DNA from: Octopus bimaculoides | Lineage: Eukaryota | DNA length: 48,780 nt | NCBI RefSeq assembly: GCF_001194135.2 | Contig: NC_068981.1 | Location: 107,169,754-107,218,533, forward strand | Direction: 5' to 3' | Shown: in pieces, positions 36,714 to 47,028 of the stretch | How positions within the stretch are numbered: the stretch's first letter is position 1 | Layout of the letters: each line of letters opens with the position of its first letter | The notes under the pieces: model-generated | Database searches by the model: none | What the model saw: the letters and a program-made list of their open reading frames with translations, nothing else | What the model was told of the DNA's origin: nothing | Program-made: the position numbers and the translations under genes

Positions 36714-37471
36714 TTACGCGTTTCCCGATTGTTTAAAAGAACAAGGCTGAATACATCTTCGCGCCTTGTGTGAGAAGGTTTCATGGTATCAGCACATACC
36801 ATTTTGTGTTCTGTTGATTCCCCGATTTCAAGAGGTACTGCGAGAACGTGAGCTACTCCGAGACTTTGAACGAGAGCGGCAGGGATCGTCCAAGCGACGT
36901 GTGAGGTCATCGAGCCTGCCAAGAATGTCGTTGTTGGACAAAGGAGAGGACTGCTGAGGAACAGCTGAGGAGGACTCAGTTCACTGATAAACAGCGTGAG
37001 AAGGGTTGGCCGAGAATTCAAGGGCCTTATCGGTCATTGTGGCCACTTGGTTCACAGTGTTGGACTCAAATGCCGTCGCTAGAATTGTTTGTACGTGCGA
37101 CGGTAGGCAAGAAAAAAAATCTTGCGGAGAAGTGGAGCATCTATTGAGTCTCCTCTCAGATCTCGCAAACGACGTAGAAATTCTGTGGTTGTCCTGTCAC
37201 CGAGCTGCTCGTCTGCCATCAGCTCATTGAATCGGCTGGCAGCAGACTTGGTGGTCCGGCGTAGGATCTCGTTCTTCACCTCGTCATACGTGGCGTCGTC
37301 CTTGGGAGAGGTAATTAGGTCTCTAGCCGCTTTTGCAAGCGATGGAGGCAGATTGCAATAAAGCAACTTTAATCTCGTGGACGACGAGATGTCGTACGCC
37401 TGGAAATAGGCCTCCAATTGAGCGAAGTAGACATCGGTATCACCGATGAATGTAGGCAAACCATGCGACAT
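36714..37471 (-). pseudogene. gag of the CsRn1-like element (one homopolymer frameshift, three TGA stops)
   Basis: ATG at 37471, MSHGLPTFIGD..FAQLEAYF..LGDRTTTEFLRRLRDL; 1-nt loss in the A8 run at 37112-37119; C-terminus C*YHETFSHKARRCIQPCSFKQSGNA* with TAA at 36716-36714. Confidence 0.82.
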
Positions 37472-39327
37472 GTCTACTGGGATGACTCCGTCAAGGTAGG
37501 AAAAGGGAATGGAGAGAAACAATGAAAAAGAAGTCGTATGANNNNNNNNNNNNNNNNNNNNNNNNNNNNNNNNNNNNNNNNNNNNNNNNNNNNNNNNNNN
37601 NNNNNNNNNNNNNNNNNNNNNNNNNNNNNNNNNNNNNNNNNNNNNNNNNNNNNNNNNNNNNNNNNNNNNNNNNNNNNNNNNNNNNNNNNNNNNNNNNNNN
37701 NNNNNNNNNNNNNNNNNNNNNNNNNNNNNNNNNNNNNNNNNNNNNNNNNNNNNNNNNNNNNNNNNNNNNNNNNNNNNNNNNNNNNNNNNNNNNNNNNNNN
37801 NNNNNNNNNNNNNNNNNNNNNNNNNNNNNNNNNNNNNNNNNNNNNNNNNNNNNNNNNNNNNNNNNNNNNNNNNNNNNNNNNNNNNNNNNNNNNNNNNNNN
37901 NNNNNNNNNNNNNNNNNNNNNNNNNNNNNNNNNNNNNNNNNNNNNNNNNNNNNNNNNNNNNNNNNNNNNNNNNNNNNNNNNNNNNNNNNNNNNNNNNNNN
38001 NNNNNNNNNNNNNNNNNNNNNNNNNNNNNNNNNNNNNNNNNNNNNNNNNNNNNNNNNNNNNNNNNNNNNNNNNNNNNNNNNNNNNNNNNNNNNNNNNNNN
38101 NNNNNNNNNNNNNNNNNNNNNNNNNNNNNNNNNNNNNNNNNNNNNNNNNNNNNNNNNNNNNNNNNNNNNNNNNNNNNNNNNNNNNNNNNNNNNNNNNNNN
38201 NNNNNNNNNNNNNNNNNNNNNNNNNNNNNNNNNNNNNNNNNNNNNNNNNNNNNNNNNNNNNNNNNNNNNNNNNNNNNNNNNNNNNNNNNNNNNNNNNNNN
38301 NNNNNNNNNNNNNNNNNNNNNNNNNNNNNNNNNNNNNNNNNNNNNNNNNNNNNNNNNNNNNNNNNNNNNNNNNNNNNNNGAGAGGAAACACAGAACATAG
38401 AAAGAGTGTCTGTAACATAGACTGTAAAAAGTCTAAAAACACTGAGATAGAGAAATACCAGTTCGTATTAGAGTTACACAAGGAGATAGAATGTTCATAC
38501 GCAGGAAGTTGTGGCCAAGTAGCAGAGCTGTGGTAACAATATGTGTGTTGAGCGTCGAATGCTGTGACCGTTTACCTGATACGGAATATTCTCGCTAGTT
38601 AGTTCTGACTGTTGTTCGTGGTGGAAACAATCCACTCAACAGCGTCGAGATAAAACCGCGCTTGTTGATGTTGGTGTTGCCGGCGACGACATGGGGACAA
38701 TTGCTGCGCAAATAAGAACCAATCAGGATGATGGATAGAAGGGTCCAAGGCAACCGAAGGCTAGATGTTAGCAGCTTCGTTATCATTTATGATTGAATGC
38801 CCGAGAGAGAGGTTTCACTACAGACCAAAGAGGAAATTCACCGCGAAAAGAAAAGACACAATATTTTCCGTGTTCTTGTTTTGTGTTTTGCAAGTTATAG
38901 TGTGCATAAGAGAGAGAGAAAAAAAATTTTCGTAAAAACAATTTTGTTTTGTTTGTTTGTTTTTTGTGTGTGTGTGAGGTGTGTTGCTTTGTACTGTCTG
39001 TAGAAAAAATATTGTTGACCAGCCTTACGTCGTTGCTGCAAGGAAAAAAAAACAATACAGACAAAAAAAAAAATTTTATGTATGTGCGTGCGTGTAGTAT
39101 TTTTTTTTTTGTGTGTTGTCCTGTAAGACAATAGATGGAAGCAACGTTGTTTGTTTTTTCTGTTTTTCAAACCATGTGGAGTTAGGCGAAAAGAAAAATC
39201 ACTGTTCACTCGTTTGTTCTTTTCTCAGCCTCAGTTGGTGTTGAAAGAAAACACGTGGTAAGAAAACTGTTGCAGTTGGTTGGGTTGTTCCATTTCCTCG
39301 TCTCTTGTGTTGTTTTCTATTTTTTCT

Positions 39328-39348
39328 GAATCACGTCGAGGGTCACCA
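39328..39348 (-). promoter_or_regulatory. Primer-binding site complementary to the tRNA-Trp 3' end
   Basis: Plus strand GAATCACGTCGAGGGTCACCA versus the metazoan tRNA-Trp 3' end GAATCACGTCGGGGTCACCA (one extra A); 2 nt from the 5' LTR. Confidence 0.85.
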
Positions 39349-39350
39349 GT

Positions 39351-39750
39351 TATAAGAATTGGATGAGATATGACGGCTCGGCCATCTCTCCCCAGTTCTT
39401 ATATTAATCATTAAAATCCAGAAATACAACAACACGAGGGATAACGGTAACAACAGATCAATAATTTATTATAGGTTGGTGTAGAGCCGTTTTGTTCCTG
39501 GGTGAACAGGCATGCCGCTAGAATACCAAGGAAGCTTCGACCACAAGTCGGTATCGAGTTGAGAGAGCACTGGAAGATACATGTTGTCACGACCGCTGCT
39601 AGATAGAGAAGAGGACGAACGCTATTGCTCTCTCTCCACCTGTTGCATTGCGCATGCGTGCCCGGGTACTTCCGCTGACGGCAAGTCCCTTGCACATGCG
39701 CAATGGCACTTCCCAAGATGGCAGCCAATGGCAGCCACACGCGCCACTAC
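39351..39750 (-). repeat. 5' LTR of the CsRn1-like element
   Basis: Direct repeat of 33462-33852; adjacent to the PBS. Confidence 0.92.
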
Positions 39751-40144
39751 CACCTCCAACATGCCAGGCCCTAACACTCACAGAAGGAAGCACTACTGAA
39801 ATATCATTTAGTTTGCCTTCTCTTTCTCTCTCATCATAAGGTAGGATATTCCGTAGGCTAGTAGATAAGTACTTTACATAATCACATAGGTATGAATGCT
39901 TATTCAACAGACACAACCTAAGAGTCTCCACATTTAATCACATGGAAAATTCTAGAAATACTGGGTTCTTACATCAGTGCTGTGCATAGTGGAATGGGCG
40001 GGTATATTAAAGAACTCCCTCAACCTAGGGAAAATCTTAAATTCCAGGACAGAAGTCTTCAGACATTGTTTATTCTTCAGGCAATCCCTATTGAAATCCT
40101 GAGACCTACAAGCTGACTGGGTGGATTCCTGATAGTGCTCTATG

Positions 40145-40196
<52 letters not shown>

Positions 40197-40976
40197 TGTG
40201 TATATATAAATATGTATGCATATATATATATGTTAACTTTGTTTTATAGAAATAAAAACAGCTATTCTGAGAGAAGCCTTTCATTTCTTCTTCACATCAT
40301 CATTATATCTGCCAACAATAGAAACTTACAAACATACACATATCTGATGATATCTCTTTTACTTAGTAGAAACAATTTAAGTATTATATTGAAATATTGA
40401 TAATTTTGCTTTACATATATACATTAGATATTCACATTAACTAAATCAGGAAGACAGTTTCATTTCATAGAATTTCATTGCTTTTATTGTCAACGTCCAA
40501 AACACTTTCTAAAGCTTTTATATGAAACAAACAAATGCATATTTTGCTAAATAATTTATGCTACATCATCAACAAAAAAAAGACCTGTTACTTTACAATA
40601 TCCACTTTGGCTTTGTATCCTGCAAAAATATGTCAAAATGTTCTATATAAAACACATTATCAGTTACTGAGTCATGTTGCTAATTCTCTCATAAACATTC
40701 TCTTTATATTGACATGGACACAATCTAAGTGTCCATGCTGAAACTGAAAACAACACTATTGTGTGAAGAAAATTTCTAACTTGCACTCAACACCCAGGAA
40801 AAAAAACCCAGAATTTAGCAACAATTAAAATAACACTTATCTTACAAGTAGTCATCAACACCTATACCCATTGGATAATATATGCAAATTCAAACCACCC
40901 CCACACACATGCATGAGAATACATAAAACAAAACATACGAAGCTGCACATATACATACATACATACATACATACAT

Positions 40977-41775
40977 GGAAAGAAGACCACTACATCACAC
41001 TTTGAAGGTTATGCATTTGCAATCCAGGAACAAGAGTCTGCTACAAAGTACCTGGTGAACAAGAGAGACAATGACGCTCTTGCAATTCCAAGGTGCAACT
41101 GTATGTGTAGGCTGTGTCATGTTTCTATAGAAGACATTACACATGTAATTAGCCGCTGTCCTAAAATGTTGTCACAATACTACCTCCCTATGTGGCGCAA
41201 TGTTGTTGCTAAAACAATTTACAATGCCATCCACAAAAAAGACTGTCCTGAAATAAACTTAGAAAATCCCTCTGTTATGGAATACATTCATAAACACCAA
41301 CTCAAGGAATACTGGTGGAATATTCTCATCAAAACTTCTATCAATGCAGCCATAACAGGCTGGATGTTGTTGTTTGGGACAGAGGGGCAAAGGAATGTAC
41401 TATCATAGATGTTAGCTACCCTGCAGATATAGATATCTCTTTGAAAATCAAAGAAAAAGAGAACCTCCAGCTTCTATATCCAAATTATGAATTCATATTC
41501 ATACCAATAATTGGAGTACTAGGTTTTGTTAGTAAATGCTTAAAGGAGAACCTGGATAAACTGGGATTTTCAGAAAGAGAAATTGACCGACTGATTCATA
41601 CATCACAAGTGCAATCTGTGAGTGAAAGAGTAAAAATATGCAAGACTTTTCTCAAGTTCCAAATGTGAATTTGTCTGTGTTAAATACATCCCAAAGATGG
41701 AGCCTTGTAGCTTTGTTGGAAAGCAGCTCCCTCCTCAGTGGAAGATTTATAATAATTAAGAAATAGAAGAGACAT
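40977..41775 (+). mobile_element. R4/Dong-like non-LTR retrotransposon, 5'-truncated (CCHC knuckle, restriction-like endonuclease, 3' UTR)
   Basis: Reads TSHFEGYAFAIQEQE..CRLCHVSIEDITHVISRCPKM..HNRLDVVVWD..KECTIIDVSYPAD..LQLLYPNYEFIFIPIIGVLGFV..VKICKTFLKF*; flanked by (CATA)n on both sides. Confidence 0.8.
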
Positions 41776-42072
41776 ACAAACATACATACATACATACAGA
41801 CAGACATACAGACAGGCAGATAGACATAGAAATAAGAACCCACAGTATGGTGGAAGCCATAGACACTCAAAATAAAAAGGAGTACTTGTGGAATGTCCCA
41901 GTAAAAAACTCAATGAAATGTAGACACAGTAGATCTGATACAATGATTTGGGACTGAGAAGAGAAACTGTGTACAGTTATGGAAGTTAGCTGACCAGCAG
42001 ATGTTAATATGAAGCTGAAGATCAGTGAAAAAGAGAATACTTAAGCTGAACTATTGAGAAATCTGCAGTTAC

Positions 42073-42545
42073 AGATTACAAGTTCAGGTCTATACCTGTG
42101 ATTATAGGGGCACTGGTATATGTAACACACTGCCTAAATACCAATCTTGAGAAATTAGGTTTTTCAAAACCAGAAGGGAGAAAGCTGATTTGAAGACTAT
42201 AGATCCAAGCCATCACTGGAACTGTAAAAATCTGTAAAACTTTCCAGAAGTTTATCATTTTGATATATATGAGTATGTCTAGATATGCAAGTATATACAT
42301 GAGGAGACATACATAAAACAAAACATATAAATCTGCACACACCACCTGTCCTCGTCTGTTGTTATTATTTGTATATTCTCCCATACATACATACATACAT
42401 ACATACATACATACATACATACATACATACCCTGTTGTTGCTGCTGAAATTCCAATGAAGGAACTTTGGATCTTGGTTAGAAACCAGCTCTTTCTCTATT
42501 GGCAAGAAATCTTGAAATAAAACTGAATAATAACATACATGCATA
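42073..42545 (+). mobile_element. R4/Dong-like 3' fragment, second family, copy A
   Basis: Reads YKFRSIPVIIGALVYVTHCLNTNLEKLGFSKPEGRKLI*RL*IQAITGTVKICKTFQKFII; the 3' UTR contains an internal (CATA)n and ends in catacat. Confidence 0.75.
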
Positions 42546-42550
42546 CATAT

Positions 42551-44200
42551 CTACAGCTGCTCTATCCAAATTACAAGTTCAGGTTTATACTGGAGCACTG
42601 AGTTATGTAACACAATGTCTAAGTACCAATCTTGAGAAATTTGGCATCTCAAAATCAGAAACAAGAAAGCTGATTTGAAGACTCAAAATCCAAGCAATCA
42701 CTGGAACTGTAAAAATATGTAAAATTTTCCAGAAGTTTATCATTTAAGTACATATGAGGATGTCTAGACATGTAACTCTATGCATGAGAATACATAAAAC
42801 AAAACATACGAAGCTGCACATATACATACATACATACAAAAATACTCTGTTGATGTTGGAATTGCAATGAAGGAGCCTTGGATCATCATCATCATCATCG
42901 TTTAACATCCATTTTCCATGCTAGCCTGGGTTGGATGGTTCAACCGGGGTCTGGGAAGCCAGGAGGCTGCACCAGGCTTCAGTCTGATCTGGCAGTGTTT
43001 CTACAGCTGGATGCCCTTCCTAATGCCAACCACTCTGTGAGTGTAGTGGGTGCTTTTTATGTGCCACCAGCACAGGGGCTAGAGGAGGCTGGCAATGGCC
43101 ATGATCAGTTGGTGCTTTTTACGTGCCACCGGCATGGAAGCTAGTCAAGATGGCGCTGGCATTGGCCACATTCAGATGGTGCATTTTATGTGCCACCAGC
43201 ACGGGTATCACAACTACAATTTCCATTTGATTTTGATTTTAATGTTGATGTACTTGACTCAATAGGTCTCCTCAAGCACAGCAGGTCACCCTACGATCCA
43301 AGGTACTTTGAATGGGCTGGAGCTGGTTATGTGAAACTGGTGTAGAATACAGCCATGAACTCACTTTATTTGTCTGGTCTTCGCAGTCACAGCATATCTC
43401 CAGAGGTCTCGGCCTTTCGTCATTGCCTCTGTGAGGCCCAACATTCGAAGGTCATGCTTGACCACCTCATCCCATGTCTTCCTGGATCTACCTCTACCTC
43501 GGATTCCTTCAACTGTTTGGGAGTGGCACTTCTTCACACATCTCTCCTCATCCATCCATAGTACTTGACCATACCAGTGCAAACGTCTCTCTTGCATGTC
43601 ACATCCAATGCTCCCTATGTCCAACATTTCTCTCAGGGCACTTACGCTCTGTTGTGTATGCACACTGACATTACACATCCAGCGGATCATGCTAACTTCA
43701 TTTCTTTCAAGCTTACGCATGTCCTCTGCAGTCACAGCCCATGTTTCACTGCTGTGAAGCATGGCAGTTTGCACACATGCATCGTACAATCTACCTTTCA
43801 CTCTGAGCGAGAGACCTTTTGTCACCAGTAGGGGTAGAAGCTTTCTAAACTTTGCCCAGGCTATTCTTATTCTAGTGGTAACACTCTCTGAGTATCTACC
43901 CCAACTACTAACTTGGTCACCTAGGTAGCAAAAGCTGTCAACTACTTCTAGTTTCTTCCCCTGGAGTGTGATGGAATCTGTTTTCTGAGCATCTGTGGTG
44001 TCTATTGCCCCTGTGCATCTGCCGCACACGAAAGCTATCTTCTCGGTTAATCTTCCTTTGATGTTGCTGCACCTCTTATATGTCCATAGCTTACACTGGA
44101 TACATCTTATGGAGCTTCTACCTACACCGTTTCTACAGAAACTGGCTCTTTCTCTGTAGACAAAGAAATCTTGAAATGAAACTCAATAATGACATACATA
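42551..44200 (+). mobile_element. R4/Dong-like 3' fragment, second family, copy B, split by an RTE insertion
   Basis: Reads LQLLYPNYKFRF..TGTVKICKIFQKFII. The 3' UTR runs to ggagccttggatc (42884) and resumes at agaaactggctc...aataatgacatacata (44137-44200). Confidence 0.75.
42883..44139 (-). mobile_element. RTE-clade LINE, 5'-truncated, with complete 3' end
   Basis: ORF 43361-44029 reads KKLEVVDSFCYLGD..RIRIAWAKFRKLLPLL..KGRLYDACV..WYGQV..GRGRSRKTW; 3' UTR tandem repeats, the ccatgctagc motif and a (GAT)n tail. Confidence 0.92.
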
Positions 44201-44602
44201 TATACACCTTTAATATAAGAAATATATTAAGTCTATAAATTATAGCTTTCATGTTAAAAATATAGACACCTACAAGCATTACATTTTCCAGCTGTTTTAA
44301 TACCTTTCAATAATTCTGCTATATTAAAGATAAGTGTATTGTTGTGAAGCAGTTTGCTGGTACTAATTACAACTGTCCATATTAAGGCATGTTCTAAGAT
44401 AAATAGGTATAAAGTTCATCATTGGGCCAATAAAGCAGGGTCACAACATGGTAAGAAAGTTATGATACTCTCTTAGTTAGACCTAGTAGACTGGGTGAGT
44501 ATCCAATCCATGACACAGAGTCAGAAGAATTTTTTTGCTAATGCTTTGCTGAACTGCTTAGAAATTTACTATGACTACATTTTAATATTTCATATTTTAT
44601 GT

Positions 44603-44798
44603 AAGGCAGCGAGCTGACAGAATCGTTTGGGCACTGGGCAAAATGATTAGTGGCATTTCATCTGTTTTTGAGTTCTGAGTTCAAATCCTGCCAAGGTTGA
44701 CTTTGCCTTTCATCCTAAGTACTAGTTGAGCACTTGGGTTGATGTAATCAACTGACATCACTCCCCGAAATTACTGGCCTTGTGCTAAAATTTGAAAT
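44603..44798 (+). mobile_element. tRNA-derived SINE, near full length
   Basis: aaggcagcgagctgacagaatcg..ttctgagttcaaatcctgccaaggttgactttgcctttcatcc..gttgatgtaatcaac..ggccttgtgctaaaatttgaaa. Confidence 0.75.
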
Positions 44799-45841
44799 CT
44801 GTATTAATCTTTATTCTTTTTTCATTAAAACAATCCTATCATATCTTATTGGAACAATCAGAGAGTTGATACACTTGTCAACTGTGTGTACACGGTGAGA
44901 TAGGTTTGGATGGAGGTGATGAGCTTGAGAGGAGTTTGCTGTGCATATGCAAACAGAAACAAAAGAAGCTGCAAATGCAGTAGCATTATGTGCAGGAATA
45001 AGTACAATTTACAGATTAAGCAGTTTGTTAAAGAGAAATGAGTTGAAGGATTCAGTAGAACTGAAAGAGACTGACTTGATAAGAAACTGATGGCACAGGA
45101 CAGTGAGGTTGTTATAGGGAAAGCAGAGCAGGGAGAGCAACAGCTCATGCCTGAACATATTCTCCATTACTTACACATTTTTAACCATTTTTAAAACTCT
45201 TTAGTCCCCTCTGTAATAAGCATCAAATCTCATCAATTTTTTTACTGGTATTTTTAACTTATTTATTTGTTTATTTTTAATTTACTATATGGCCTAAGAA
45301 TAACTTAATGAATTCATTGCTTTATTTGGGCAACTTCTTGGTATTTTAAACTGTTTATTCAGCCTACCATAATACATTGGTGGCCACTGACAACTGGAGA
45401 ACTTAAAAACAAACTATAATTTAATTACCTCCTCTCTGAATTGGCTTATGTCATGGAGTTTCATTTCTTTAATGTCCTAGGTTACACTAATTATCACTAA
45501 AATGGGAAATTAATTACTGTAGAATACAATTCTTGGGCAAGTTTCCATATACTTCCATTTGTAATATGTAGATGCCAGTTTATTTTGTACAACACTAAGC
45601 AAGATCCGTATTTTTCCTCATTATATTCCGAAATCTCATTCAACTTTCTAGATACCCTAGCGTAGTACTACTACTACACTACGTAGTGTTTATTTCTACT
45701 CACTTTCTATAATTTTTAATGTTTTGGCTTCCATTTTGTTTCATTTTCAATTATTTTTACGCTTTTTTAACCCTTCGTCGTTATTCTCATTAACTCGTTA
45801 TTACATTCTCTTTCTCTATATATAGAGATAGATATATATTA

Positions 45842-46123
45842 TGTGGTGTTTGGGCTGTGACGAGCTATGTGTTGTGGTGGAGAGGGGTGAGGCAAACAGA
45901 AGTGAAGCCAGACCGGAAGGGCCAAACTGGAAGGGTCAGATCGGAAGTCGGCGACACGCGGTCAAAGGCTAGCACGTGGGGCCAGTGAGAAAACAGCGAC
46001 GTTACGAGAAAGACGTGTTCTGATTAGGAGCGATCGTGTACCCTGCTGCGGTCAGCAAGGTAAGGTCCAACGCTTCATTCTGTCCTTTTGCTTCTTGTTG
46101 TCTTCTTCCTCCATCGCACCACA
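45842..46123 (+). repeat. Putative 5' LTR (282 bp)
   Basis: Begins TGTGGTG and ends CACCACA (7-bp terminal inverted repeat, TG..CA) directly upstream of gag. The partner LTR is outside the window, so the boundaries are unconfirmed. Confidence 0.7.
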
Positions 46124-46452
46124 AGCTATTTCGGCCCATNNNNNNNNNNNNNNNNNNNNNNNNNNNNNNNNNNNNNNNNNNNNNNNNNNNNNNNNNNNNN
46201 NNNNNNNNNNNNNNNNNNNNNNNNNNNNNNNNNNNNNNNNNNNNNNNNNNNNNNNNNNNNNNNNNNNNNNNNNNNNNNNNNNNNNNNNNNNNNNNNNNNN
46301 NNNNNNNNNNNNNNNNNNNNNNNNNNNNNNNNNNNNNNNNNNNNNNNNNNNNNNNNNNNNNNNNNNNNNNNNNNNNNNNNNNNNNNNNNNNNNNNNNNNN
46401 NNNNNNNNNNNNNNNNNNNNNNNNNNNNNNNNNNNNNNNNNNNNNNNNNNNN

Positions 46453-47028
46453 GACCAAGTTAGCGCGGAGAAAATAGAAATCCGCTTGATGGAGGCCTTC
46501 GCAGAAGGGATGTTCGAGGCGTACGCTCGCCTGGGGTGAGCGAAGTGGACCGGCGAACAGGTTGACGTGTTTGCCAATGAACTTAGGAGGTTGGCTAGAC
46601 TGGCGAGGTACGAGGGAGGATCACTGGATCAAACGGTAAAGTTGGCGTTTGTGACTGGGTTTCCTGACCACCTGTCGGTCGAATTGCAGAAACTGCCGGA
46701 CGTGAGTACCATGCCCATGGCGGATATAATATCGAGAGCTCGTATGTTAGTTTCCTGTCGTAGGTCGTCACCACTGGTAGCAGCGGCGACAGCAAAAGGT
46801 GGCCGGCCAAGGAGTGGTGGAGAGGGGTCGAACAAGGAACGGGCGCGTCCGTTCAAAGGTCAGTGTTTCCGGTGTCAGGGCCCGCACATGGTGCGAGACT
46901 GTAAGTTACCTAAGCCTGAGGTCATCTGCTACCGTTGTCGTGAAACGGGGCATATGGCCAGCGAATGTCTGCAGGGAAACGGTCTAAGGGAGACTACTGC
47001 GCCAGCGGTCTCCCTTTCAGATCATTAA
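46453..47028 (+). pseudogene. gag (5' part in gap; premature TGA at 46537-46539)
   Basis: Reads EIRLMEAFAEGMFEAYARLG*AKWTGEQVDVFANELRRLA..VKLAFVTGFP..CFRCQGPHMVRDC..CYRCRETGHMASEC. Confidence 0.8.

Larger units (their letters stand above)
33462..39750 (-). mobile_element. Ty3/Gypsy LTR retrotransposon, CsRn1 clade, both LTRs present, coding region decayed and gapped
   Basis: Paired LTRs 33462-33852 and 39351-39750, tRNA-Trp PBS, polypurine tract, Gag C-x2-H-x9-C-x3-C motif, RT YVDD, RNase H DAS..ELLA..TDHKPL and integrase tail VSVDRLK..TRSGR. A Trp PBS plus CHCC Gag are hallmarks of the CsRn1/Kabuki/Boudicca group. Confidence 0.88.

Noticed and set aside
34809-38536. Long ORFs in the track made mostly of X (also 6278-6668, 15779-16280, 46002-46577 and 46994-48244)
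   Set aside because: They are open only because N runs contain no stops. Frames across gaps are arbitrary.
42451-42490. Hammerhead ribozyme in the R4 3' UTR (CCAAUGA..GAAA)
   Set aside because: The essential U4 and G5 of CUGANGA are absent in both families and no stem I/III fits. It is reported only as a conserved structure.
44858-45148. 96-aa minus-strand ORF in purine-skewed sequence (similar cases at 14102-14518 and 14590-14826)
   Set aside because: Low-complexity Leu/Ser/Phe composition and no motif. These are probably decayed repeats.
45662-45689. Short palindromes gtagtactac and acactacgtagtgt upstream of the second LTR element
   Set aside because: They are only 10-14 bp, built from a TAC/GTA microsatellite, and expected by chance in such tracts.
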